The translations under genes and the position numbers were made by a program. Source: Dehalococcoidia bacterium (GTDB lineage: Bacteria; Chloroflexota; Dehalococcoidia; Lucifugimonadales; UBA3495). Taken from it: a DNA stretch of 64,000 nucleotides. Of this stretch, positions 1-8,331 are shown in pieces. Position 1 is the stretch's first letter. Every line of letters starts with the position of its first letter. The notes under the pieces are model-generated. The model searched no databases. It was not told where the DNA came from and saw only the letters and a list, made by a program, of their open reading frames with translations. The DNA lies in the NCBI GenBank assembly GCA_963665735.1, contig OY762444.1, positions 3,787,547 to 3,851,546 on the forward strand, given 5' to 3'.

Positions 1-1317
1 GGCAATCCAGGTATAGATGTTCAAGGTGCCGAACCCTTCGCCGTTGGGGTAGCCGGCCCGGGCCAGCAGTTCCCTGGCTCGCTCCGGGTTGTAGGGGATG
101 GGGTCAATGTCGGAACTGTAACCCAGGGTGCTGGGGGTGGCGTAGTTGTACCCGCAAACGCAGGCCCCTTCCTCGGTGTAGAGGCCGTACATGATTGCCT
201 CTTTGTCAATGGCGTAGTCCAGGGCGAAGCGCACGTCCCGATTATGGCAGGGAAACTCTTGGTTCTGGCAGCCTTGCAGAATCATCCAAACGTAGGTGGA
301 TTCCCGGCCGAAGATAATGCGGCCACCCGAATCCTCAATCTGCTTGCGCACGGCTACGTTGGCTTCGATGATGTCGGCGTCGCCGGCGCGGAGAGCGGCT
401 ACCCTGGTGGAGGCTTCCGGCACCAGCCTCATGTCCAGGGTTTGGAACTTGGCCCTGCGGTCCTCATCGAAACCGTTGTCGGGATGGTAGTAGAAATCGT
501 CGAACCGCTCGAAGAGCATTTTCTCGCTGCGCAGGAATTCCACCATCTGGAAAGGCCCGGCGCCGGTGGGCTTCAGGTTATAACCGTCGCTCCCCTCCGC
601 CTGGAAATACGCGTCGGGGATGATTGGCCCGGTGGTGCCGGGGGCGCTTTCCGCGCTGAGGAAGGCGAAGTTGGCCTGGATTTCCTTGTGGGTGATTTTG
701 ACGGTGTTGCCCTCGGCGGGGTGCACCATTTCGGTCAAGCGGGCCTGGCCGGACTGGCCGGGGCTGAGGGAGTTTTCGATGGCTTCGGGGCCGTACATAT
801 ACTCGAAGGTGAAAGCGCCGTCCTCCGCGGTCAGGGGCTCCCCGTCGTGGAAAGTAACCCCTTCCCGGAGGTTGAAAGTCCAGGTCAACCCGTCGGGGGA
901 AATGTCCCAAGCCGTCGCCACGCCCGGAATCAACTCGTAATTTTCGTTGCTGTTAATCCAGAAGGCGTGGAGCGCCCGGTGGAAATTGAGTCCCTCGCCG
1001 ACCTGGTCTCTGGGGTCGAAATACTCGTTGCCCCAAACGGCGTTCATTATCGTGACCATTCCCGGGCTGACTTCCACCTCGGCCGGCATCACGGCGGCGG
1101 CGGGGGTGGCCGTGGGCGCGGGAGCGGGCGCGGATGAACTGCCCGACGCCGCCGGGGCCTGGGGCGCGGCGGCGGGAGCGGCCGCTGGCGCGGGAGCCGT
1201 GGTGGTGGTATCCGCCGGGGCGGAAGTGCCGCAAGCGGCGGCTAACGTCAGGGTCAAGGCCAACGCCAGGTACAGGGTTACGTTCATTTTGGCTGCAAGA
1301 TACTTCGTAAATTTCAT
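1..1317 (-). CDS. ABC transporter substrate-binding protein, family 5 (peptide/nickel type); C-terminus cut by window edge
   Basis: Own translation of the minus frame (absent from the ORF track because it runs off the window). MKFTKYLAAKMNVTLYLALALTLTLAAACG lipoprotein-type signal, Ala/Pro-rich linker, then WDISPDGLTWTFNLREGVTFHDGEPLTAED and KPTGAGPFQMVEF, typical of SBP family 5. Alternative ATG at 1287. Confidence 0.85.
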   Translation of the reverse strand, partial: MKFTKYLAAKMNVTLYLALALTLTLAAACGTSAPADTTTTAPAPAAAPAAAPQAPAASGSSSAPAPAPTATPAAAVMPAEVEVSPGMVTIMNAVWGNEYFDPRDQVGEGLNFHRALHAFWINSNENYELIPGVATAWDISPDGLTWTFNLREGVTFHDGEPLTAEDGAFTFEYMYGPEAIENSLSPGQSGQARLTEMVHPAEGNTVKITHKEIQANFAFLSAESAPGTTGPIIPDAYFQAEGSDGYNLKPTGAGPFQMVEFLRSEKMLFERFDDFYYHPDNGFDEDRRAKFQTLDMRLVPEASTRVAALRAGDADIIEANVAVRKQIEDSGGRIIFGRESTYVWMILQGCQNQEFPCHNRDVRFALDYAIDKEAIMYGLYTEEGACVCGYNYATPSTLGYSSDIDPIPYNPERARELLARAGYPNGEGFGTLNIYTWIA

Positions 1318-1615
1318 TTCCGGCCTCTTTCAGGTCCATAAACGTACAAGTTACCGCGATAGACGTTGCTTTGGCGTCATAGGCTAGCAAAGCGGTATGT
1401 TATTGTCAACAACCGGATAATTGAGCCAATGAATTGTGGTGAAACGTCGCCAATGGGCGCGCGAAAATACGCGAATGCCGTTACGGCTGGTGGGATTGCG
1501 TGGCGTAAACCGTAATCGGGTGGTGAGTTGTACGGGCAATGGGAGGCGGGGTTATTGCTGTCTGAAAACGTCTCTGGGGTGTAGAATGTCGGTATCGCAG
1601 AACGCCAGGTGCAGA

Positions 1616-2452
1616 ATGACCACACCCGACACCTTCGCCAAAACATCCCAGCTCACGGGCCAGTTCCGGCTGCCCGACCCGCCGGAAGACCCGGAAGACA
1701 AGATGACCAGTTTCGACCACCTGACCATCAACGGCAACGCCTACCACCTCCGGCAGCACTTGCTGGCCCAACAGTTGGGCGACCCCGAAACCACCCTGGT
1801 GGCCGGGGATCGCTACATGGTGGTACGCCCCACCCGTTCCCTGGCGGGCAGCCGCTACCCCGACCTGCTGGTGGCCTTTGACGCGGACCCGGCGGCCTAC
1901 AAGGACAGCAACGGATACATCATAGAGGAGCAGGGCAAGTCGCCGGACTTCGCTATGGAAATCGCCTCCCGCAGCACCGGACGGACCGACGCAACGGAGA
2001 AGCGGGAGGACTACGCGGCCCTGGGCATTGGTGAATACTGGCGGTTTGACGAGACGGGGGAGCATCACGGGACGCGGCTGGCCGGGGACATTCTGGTGGA
2101 TGGGATGTACCAACCTATTGCCCTTGAGGAACTGGCCGACGGCAGTTTGCAGGGCTACAGCCCCGTCCTGAATCTATACCTGCGCTGGGATGCTGGTGAG
2201 TTGCTGTTTTACGACCCGGCCACCGGCCGGCCCATAGCTACGATGGAACACGAACGCGCCCGCGCTGATGCCGAGCGGGAAGCCCGGCTGTCCGCCGATG
2301 CGGAACGCACCACTGAGCGGGAGGCTCGCCTGGCTGCCGAGGCGGAACGCACCGCCGCCGAATCCGAACGCACCGCCGAGCGGGAGGCTCGCCTGGCTGC
2401 CGAGGCGCGCGTTCGCGAGTTGGAAGAACAGTTGCGACGGCGGCAACTCTGA
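1616..2452 (+). CDS. Uma2 (DUF820) family endonuclease with C-terminal Ala/Glu/Arg-rich coiled-coil repeats
   Basis: ORF 1436..2452. SPDFAMEIASRSTGRTDATEKREDYAALGIGEYWRFD matches the Uma2 PD-(D/E)XK core. Start moved to ATG 1616 (MTTPDTF). C-terminus is (EREARLAAEAERTA)n. Confidence 0.8.
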   Translation: MTTPDTFAKTSQLTGQFRLPDPPEDPEDKMTSFDHLTINGNAYHLRQHLLAQQLGDPETTLVAGDRYMVVRPTRSLAGSRYPDLLVAFDADPAAYKDSNGYIIEEQGKSPDFAMEIASRSTGRTDATEKREDYAALGIGEYWRFDETGEHHGTRLAGDILVDGMYQPIALEELADGSLQGYSPVLNLYLRWDAGELLFYDPATGRPIATMEHERARADAEREARLSADAERTTEREARLAAEAERTAAESERTAEREARLAAEARVRELEEQLRRRQL

Positions 2453-2471
2453 CCACACCCCCACCCGCAAC

Positions 2472-2507
2472 CCGTCGTTCCCGGCATACGCCGGAATCCA
2501 AGAATCC
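2472..2507 (-). repeat. A-type hairpin repeat; the only inverted copy seen
   Basis: Plus strand reads CCGTCGTTCCCGGCATACGCCGGAATCCAAGAATCC, matching the reverse complement of the A consensus including its GGATTTCTGG leader. Confidence 0.8.
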
Positions 2508-2624
2508 TTGTTTGGGCCGGGGGAACGTCGGCCCAGGCATTACCCCCAACCCCCAGGCCCTTTTGCCTTTTAATCGTTTCCCTGCACGTTTTTTACCCTG
2601 GCCCAAAATCTCCGGGCAAGGGGA

Positions 2625-2702
2625 CTCCTTCGGTTATGCTCAGGGCGGGGTTGGCAATGGCGAGGATTTTGGATTCTTCGCTTTGGTCAGAATGACATGG
2701 GG
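2625..2702 (+). repeat. A-prime composite repeat
   Basis: CTCCTTCGGTTATGCTCAGGGCGGGGTTGGCAATGGCGAGGATTTTGGATTCTTCGCTTTGGTCAGAATGACATGGGG. A near copy lies at 4142-4220. Confidence 0.85.
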
Positions 2703-2790
2703 ACTGCTCAGGATGATAAGGAAAGGCCAGGGATGAATGCTAAAAGACATTGCCCTTGCCAGCTTTATCGGGCAGGGCTATGATAGGGGC

Positions 2791-3315
2791 ATGGAACAAC
2801 GGCGGGTGAAATTGTCGCTGGGGCCGGTTTCCTCGGTGGACCCGGAGACTTTCGGGGAACCGGGCAGGCGCACTTTCCGGCTGGCTCTTAATGCCGGGGC
2901 GGCGCAGGCTTACGTCTGGCTGGAAAAGGAACAGCTTTTCCAGTTGGGGGTTTACCTGCGGGAGGCTATCCGCACGCTGTCCGACGAAGACCGGCAAAAG
3001 GAAGTCAGGCCCGGCGAGTCCCAATGGGCCGGCGGGGAAGAGACGGTTGAGTTCAAGGCTCGCCAGATGTTCCTGAACTACGACGTGGCGGGCAACTCTT
3101 TCTCCTTGTGGGCTTACGAAGATGAGGAAGGGACGGAGGATGCCCAGTCGGTCAGTTTCTGGGTGTCTCCGGAACAGGCGGAGACGCTTTCCAGGGAGGC
3201 GCTGCGTATCTGCGCCGCCGGCCGTCCGCCTTGCTTCCTTTGCGGCCAGCCCATAGACCCGCAAGGCCACGTCTGCCCCCGGGCCAACGGCCACGCCGTT
3301 TTTGAGAGCGGCTGA
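2791..3315 (+). CDS. DUF3090-family protein
   Basis: ORF 2737..3315. VDPETFGEPGRRTFRL...VWLEKEQL...CFLCGQPIDPQGHVCPRANGH is the pattern I associate with DUF3090 (TIGR03847-like). Internal ATG 2791 (MEQRRVKL) preferred as start. Confidence 0.7.
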   Translation: MEQRRVKLSLGPVSSVDPETFGEPGRRTFRLALNAGAAQAYVWLEKEQLFQLGVYLREAIRTLSDEDRQKEVRPGESQWAGGEETVEFKARQMFLNYDVAGNSFSLWAYEDEEGTEDAQSVSFWVSPEQAETLSREALRICAAGRPPCFLCGQPIDPQGHVCPRANGHAVFESG

Positions 3316-3341
3316 TTGCCGCCGCGGTTGAAGGGTTCAAG

Positions 3342-4043
3342 TTGAGCTTCGACCGTTCCACCTACGATTTTCTGACCCGGGGGGAGTTCCTGTCCTGTGA
3401 ACTGACCCCGGCGGGTTCCAACTACACGTTCTTATCCAAAATCCGCTACGGCGACCATACCGGGCTGGCTATCTACAAGCCTCGGGATGGGGAAGTTCCT
3501 TTGTGGGACTTTCCTTCCGGCACCCTTTACAAGCGGGAATACGCCGCCTACCTGCTGAGCGAAATTTTGGGGTGGGACTTCATTCCCTTGACGGTCATCC
3601 GCGATGGCCCTTATGGAATCGGCTCGGTCCAGCAATTCATTGAACACGACCCGCGGGAAAATTACTACACGCTGAACGAAGGCAACGCCGACGCCCTGCG
3701 GTGCATCGCCTGTTACGACCTGGTTGCCAACAACACCGACCGCAAGGCCGGCCACATCATCATGGACCACCAGGGCAAACTTTGGGGCATTGACCAGGGT
3801 TTGACTTTTCACGCCGATACCAAGATTCGCACCTGCATCTGGGACTTTTGCGGCGAACCCATCCCCCAGGAACACCTGTCCCGGCTGGCCGGGTTCGCCA
3901 ACGAATTGGCCGCGCCGGGGGAGCGGCTGCGGGAGCTGCTGGCCCTGTTGCGCCCGGAAGAAGTCACTTCGCTGCACCATCGGCTGGGGTGGGTGCTGCG
4001 GGAACGGGTTTACCCCGGTTCCCGGCCCCGGCGGCGGCGTTAG
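3342..4043 (+). CDS. SCO1664-family protein (PI3/PI4-kinase-like fold)
   Basis: TTG start. LAIYKPRDGEVPLWDFPSGTLYKREYAAYLLSE...NNTDRKAGHII..GIDQGLTFH resembles TIGR03843/SCO1664 proteins, which usually follow DUF3090. Confidence 0.7.
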   Translation: MSFDRSTYDFLTRGEFLSCELTPAGSNYTFLSKIRYGDHTGLAIYKPRDGEVPLWDFPSGTLYKREYAAYLLSEILGWDFIPLTVIRDGPYGIGSVQQFIEHDPRENYYTLNEGNADALRCIACYDLVANNTDRKAGHIIMDHQGKLWGIDQGLTFHADTKIRTCIWDFCGEPIPQEHLSRLAGFANELAAPGERLRELLALLRPEEVTSLHHRLGWVLRERVYPGSRPRRRR

Positions 4044-4064
4044 GTTGGTCTCAGGCGGGGATGT

Positions 4065-4091
4065 GGATTCCGGCCTTCGCGGGAATGACGG
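4065..4091 (+). repeat. A-type hairpin repeat
   Basis: GGATTCCGGCCTTCGCGGGAATGACGG. Confidence 0.9.
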
Positions 4092-4141
4092 GTTGGGGGC
4101 GGTAGCGGCACGCCGGTATGACGGTGCGGTTTTTGCCCCTA

Positions 4142-4220
4142 TTCCTTCGGCTACGCTTAGGACGGGGTTGGCTGCGGCAAGAATTTTGGATTCTTCGCTG
4201 CGCTCAGAATGACATGGGGG
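4142..4220 (+). repeat. A-prime composite repeat
   Basis: TTCCTTCGGCTACGCTTAGGACGGGGTTGGCTGCGGCAAGAATTTTGGATTCTTCGCTGCGCTCAGAATGACATGGGGG. Confidence 0.85.
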
Positions 4221-4262
4221 ATTCCTTAACGGCAAGTAGGTTGTTTTTCGCTTGGGTTTTCT

Positions 4263-4288
4263 GGATTCCGGCCTTCGCCGGAATGACG
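4263..4288 (+). repeat. A-type hairpin repeat
   Basis: GGATTCCGGCCTTCGCCGGAATGACG. Confidence 0.9.
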
Positions 4289-4329
4289 AATTACCTTTGG
4301 AAGGGCCTCGGGGAAAAAGGGCGGTGCGC

Positions 4330-4359
4330 TTGACAATGCGTGGGATTCGCTAGTATTGT
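4330..4359 (+). promoter_or_regulatory. candidate sigma70-type promoter for the ABC importer operon
   Basis: TTGACA (4330-4335), 18-nt spacer, TATTGT (4354-4359). About 190 nt upstream of GTG 4549. Confidence 0.35.
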
Positions 4360-4548
4360 ACGCCAGTCTTGCGGCGCAAAACCAAGGGCAGACCTCTCGG
4401 TATGCACCTGTTTGACGCTTTGCGGCGTAAACCCAGCTTAATCCGTACTCTAAACGGCGCAAGTCGCTAGATAATGTTCAGGGGGTGATGGAACGCCCCC
4501 GTTGGCTGCCCCGGAAAAATCAGGTTGCTTACGGAGGAGGTAAGGAAA

Positions 4549-6321
4549 GTGAAACCCGTTGTATTTCTTTTGGCAGGTCTGTTGACCCTTGGCCTTATCG
4601 TCGCTTGTGGTTCCGCCGCCGAACCCCAGATCGTCGAAGTCGAAAAGGTGGTGGAAAAAGAAGTCGTAGTTGAAAAGGAAGTCCAAGTTCCCGGGGAGGT
4701 GGTGGAGAAGATAGTCGAAAAAGAAGTCCAGGTGGAAGTCGAGAAGGAGGTCGAAAGGCTGGTAGTGGCCACGCCCACGCCGGTGCCGACGCCTTCGGCA
4801 GTTGAAGCCGGGCCTCGCGGGGAACTCATCGCCTCCGCCGACGACCTGGTGAACATGAGCACCGACAACCTGGGCCTGCTGTCGGTTCCCCAGTCCAGCA
4901 TCTACATGGAAGAGATGTTCGACTTCCTGATTGACCTGGATTTCGACAACAAACTGGTGCCGGGCCTGGCGGAAAGCTGGGAACTGTCCGATGACCAGTT
5001 GACCTGGACGTTCAAGATTCGGGACGGGGTACAGTTCCACGACGGCTCCGACGTGACTGCCGAAGACGTGGCTTACAGTTGGAACCGGACGTTCTTTGAC
5101 CCCAGGTCGGAGAACAGCACCGCTCTGGAATTGGCCAACCAAACCGAGTCCTTGACCGGGGTGGGGGACCAGTTCGTTATCAAGACCCACGAACCGCAGG
5201 CCAACGCCGGGATTTGGGGCAGTTTCCCCTTCCTGAGTTCCGGCTCGTTTACCTACTCCAAGGCCCAGATTGAGGCCGGGGAGGATGCTTTCCGGGAAGC
5301 GCCCATCGGCACCGGCCCCTACCAGTTTGACAGCCGGATTCCCAACCAGTTCATCACCATGACCTCCTCGGAAGTTGGTCACTGGCGGAAGGACCCGGGG
5401 TTCCAGACAGTGACCGTCCTGGAGATACCGGAACTGGCTACCCGCATTGCCCTGCTCAAGACCGGGGCCGCGGACATCATCGGCGCGTCCATTGCGGTGA
5501 AGGAGGACATCCTGGCGAATGGCCTCCAGGTTAAGACCGCTCCCGCTACTACGGTCAGCGTGGTCTGGTGCTGGTACCAGTGGTCGCCGGGCCACCCCTG
5601 TCATGACCCCAAGATTCGGGAGGCCATTGCCATATCCATTGACCGGCAGACCATCGCCGACCGGCTCTACTTCGGGGAAGCCTTCCCCATCGGCAACTTC
5701 GTGTCGGCTCGGGACACCTTCGGCTACGACCCGGACCTGGAGCCGCAGCCCTACGACCCGGAGCGGGCCAAGCAGTTGATGTCCGAATCCACCTTCCCGG
5801 ACGGGTTTGAAGTCCAGATTGAGACCTATCTTAATGACTCGGACTTCCCGGCTTTGCCCACTTTGGCCGAGGCGGTGCTGGGCTACCTGAACGAAATCGG
5901 CATCACCGGCGAAGTCAAGGTCTTTGACTGGACCAACCTTTCCGGCACACTCCGGTCCAGGGGTATGGACCCCACCCCCGAGGAGCGGCCCTACCCGCTG
6001 GTGATTCGGGGCAACGACTCCCGTTACTCCGGCCTGCGGTGGATGCGGGGCTGGTATCACTCCACCCGCAGCGTCCGGCCGGTGGTGGGGGATTCCACCC
6101 CTCACGTTGACGAACTCATCGAAAAGGCAGGCTCCGCGTTCGACGCGGACGAGCAGGAGGAATATATTCGGGAATTCAACCGGCTGCTGACCAACGAATT
6201 CCGCCACGCTCCCCTGATTTCCGCCAACGCGGTGTTTGGAATCTCCAACAAGGTGAAGGAATGGACTCCCATAAGCGGGCGTCCCTTCCCGCATAACTTC
6301 TGGTCGGCCCGGCCGCATTAA
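4549..6321 (+). CDS. ABC transporter substrate-binding lipoprotein, family 5 (peptide/nickel/opine type)
   Basis: ORF 4525..6321. GGAGGAGG at 4533-4540 favours GTG 4549. Lipobox LIVAC, (V/I)VEKEV repeat linker, then SBP_bac_5-like body (WTFKIRDGVQFHDGSDVTAEDV, GTGPYQF). Confidence 0.9.
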   Translation: MKPVVFLLAGLLTLGLIVACGSAAEPQIVEVEKVVEKEVVVEKEVQVPGEVVEKIVEKEVQVEVEKEVERLVVATPTPVPTPSAVEAGPRGELIASADDLVNMSTDNLGLLSVPQSSIYMEEMFDFLIDLDFDNKLVPGLAESWELSDDQLTWTFKIRDGVQFHDGSDVTAEDVAYSWNRTFFDPRSENSTALELANQTESLTGVGDQFVIKTHEPQANAGIWGSFPFLSSGSFTYSKAQIEAGEDAFREAPIGTGPYQFDSRIPNQFITMTSSEVGHWRKDPGFQTVTVLEIPELATRIALLKTGAADIIGASIAVKEDILANGLQVKTAPATTVSVVWCWYQWSPGHPCHDPKIREAIAISIDRQTIADRLYFGEAFPIGNFVSARDTFGYDPDLEPQPYDPERAKQLMSESTFPDGFEVQIETYLNDSDFPALPTLAEAVLGYLNEIGITGEVKVFDWTNLSGTLRSRGMDPTPEERPYPLVIRGNDSRYSGLRWMRGWYHSTRSVRPVVGDSTPHVDELIEKAGSAFDADEQEEYIREFNRLLTNEFRHAPLISANAVFGISNKVKEWTPISGRPFPHNFWSARPH

Positions 6322-6466
6322 CAACGGCCCCAAAACGGCCCAAGCCAGACGCACCAAAGGACAGGCTGCCTGGATTATCGGGGGGCCTGTCCTCCCAAAG
6401 GTTCCGTGAAAACCCCCGTTTCATTGCCAAGCCACGGGCAAAGGTGACGCGAGAAGGGAATCGGCC

Positions 6467-7390
6467 ATGCTCGGCTACATCGCCGGACGGATTCTTCAAG
6501 GTATAATCAACATCCTTTTCATCACGGTGCTGGTGTTCCTGCTGGCCCGGGCCAGCGGGGACCCGGTGGAGGCTTTCGTCCCAGACGAAGCCAGCGCAGC
6601 TACCGTGGAGTTAATCAAGGAGCGGATGGGGCTTAACGACCCGCTCCACGTGCAGTATTGGATTTTCTTCAAAGGTCTGCTGGTGGGCGACCTGGGCGAC
6701 TCCAAAATCCTGAAAGAGCCGGTGACCAAGCTGCTGGTGGAACGGCTGCCGGCCACTTTTTCCCTGGCCGCCACTGCCATGTTCATCGCGATGGTCATGG
6801 CCCTGCCGTTGGGGGTGCTGAGCGCGGTTTACCGCGACACCTGGATTGACCGGGTGGCCAAGATAGTTGCCTTCCTGGGGCAATCCAGCCCCCAGTTCTG
6901 GATTGGCATCATGCTGATGATTCTGTTCGCCGTGCTGCTGGGGTGGTTGCCGGTAGCCGGGCGTTCCGGGCCGTCCAGCTATATCCTGCCCGGTTTCGTC
7001 ATGGGTTGGTTTGTGATTGCCGGGCTGGTGCGGTTGACCCGTTCCAGTATGCTGGACGTGCTGGACAGCGACTACATAACCATGGCGCGGGGAAAGGGAC
7101 TGCCGGAAAGAACGGTTATCTGGAAACACGCCCTACGCAACGCCATGATTCCGGTGCTGACCTATTCGGGGTTAATCTTGGGCGGGTTTATGAACGGGTC
7201 GGTGGTGGTGGAGGCGGTCTTTGCCTGGCCCGGCATCGGACGGCTGGCCCTGGACGCGGTGCAGGGACGGGATTTCCCGGTGGTGCAGGGCGTGGTCATC
7301 ATGGTGGGAGCCTTCTTCGTGGTAATCAACCTGCTGGTTGACATTACCTACGCCATCGTCAATCCTCGCATCAAGTACTCCTCCAACTAG
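6467..7390 (+). CDS. ABC transporter permease (DppB/OppB-like)
   Basis: 307 aa, multi-TM. N-terminal MLGYIAGRILQGIINILFITVLVFLLAR and an EAA-like region MARGKGLPERTVIWKHALRNA. Confidence 0.9.
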   Translation: MLGYIAGRILQGIINILFITVLVFLLARASGDPVEAFVPDEASAATVELIKERMGLNDPLHVQYWIFFKGLLVGDLGDSKILKEPVTKLLVERLPATFSLAATAMFIAMVMALPLGVLSAVYRDTWIDRVAKIVAFLGQSSPQFWIGIMLMILFAVLLGWLPVAGRSGPSSYILPGFVMGWFVIAGLVRLTRSSMLDVLDSDYITMARGKGLPERTVIWKHALRNAMIPVLTYSGLILGGFMNGSVVVEAVFAWPGIGRLALDAVQGRDFPVVQGVVIMVGAFFVVINLLVDITYAIVNPRIKYSSN

Positions 7391-7407
7391 CAGGAAAGGA
7401 GCGGTCT

Positions 7408-8313
7408 ATGGCTCAGGCTACAAGCCAGCCCGTATTGGAAACTCAAAGCCTGTCCTTGCGACGGCGGGCCTACGCCATCGTTGACGGTCTGCGGCGCGCG
7501 CCTTTGATTCCCACCATCGGCCTCGCAATCATAATCATCTGCGCCTTGTTCGCCCCCTGGATTGCGCCTTTTGAACCGACCAAGAATGACATAATCAACA
7601 ACTTCGTCCCCCCGGCCTGGCACGAGGGCGGCAGTTGGAAGAACGCCCTGGGTACGGACAAACTGGGCCGGGATATGCTCAGCCGGATTATCCACGGCAC
7701 CCGGGTATCCCTGAGCCTGTCCATCGCCGTTATCCTGCTGGGCGGCACGGCGGGGACTTTCTTCGGCCTGGCATCCGGGTTCATGGGGGGCAAGACGGAC
7801 GCGGTGGTGCAACGGGGCGTAGAAGCCATTTTGGCCTTGCCGCTAATCCTGGTGGCGCTGGTGTTTATGAGCGCCTTCGGGACCAGTTTCACCAACGTCA
7901 TTTTCATCTTATCGCCATTTGTGGCCGCCCGGTTCGCGCGGATGGTGCGGGGGGAGGCGTTGGCGATTAAGGAACTGGACTACGTGGCCCTGGCCCGGGT
8001 GGTCGGCTCGCCCACGCATCGGATTGTGGCCAAGCACATCCTGCCCAACGTATTCAACACGGTGATAGTGCTGTCAACGCTGGAAGTGGGCCACCTGATT
8101 CTGGTGGAATCGTCGCTGAGCTTCCTGGGTGTGGGGATTCCGCCGCCCCGTCCGGCCTGGGGGTTGATGGTGGCCGACGGGCGGGACTTTATCCAGAGCC
8201 ATTACTGGCTGACGCTGTTCCCCGGCCTGGCGATTCTGGTTTCGGTAATGTGCCTCAACCTGTTCGGGGACTGGTTGCGGGATACTCTTGACCCCCGGCG
8301 GCGGCAACTTTAA
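7408..8313 (+). CDS. ABC transporter permease (DppC/OppC-like)
   Basis: 301 aa. GTDKLGRDMLSRIIHGTRVSL and ARVVGSPTHRIVAKHILPN motifs typical of OppC/DppC. Confidence 0.9.
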   Translation: MAQATSQPVLETQSLSLRRRAYAIVDGLRRAPLIPTIGLAIIIICALFAPWIAPFEPTKNDIINNFVPPAWHEGGSWKNALGTDKLGRDMLSRIIHGTRVSLSLSIAVILLGGTAGTFFGLASGFMGGKTDAVVQRGVEAILALPLILVALVFMSAFGTSFTNVIFILSPFVAARFARMVRGEALAIKELDYVALARVVGSPTHRIVAKHILPNVFNTVIVLSTLEVGHLILVESSLSFLGVGIPPPRPAWGLMVADGRDFIQSHYWLTLFPGLAILVSVMCLNLFGDWLRDTLDPRRRQL

Positions 8314-8331
8314 GGGGCGGCTTACGGCCCG

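Noticed and set aside
244-1137. 297-aa plus-strand ORF at the left edge
   Set aside because: It is antisense to a clearly recognisable SBP family-5 gene on the minus strand. Gly/Val/Ala-rich translation typical of high-GC shadow ORFs.
4450-6357. 635-aa minus-strand ORF
   Set aside because: Shadow ORF opposite the substrate-binding protein gene. Low-complexity, Gly/Pro/Val/Arg-rich, with no recognisable motifs.
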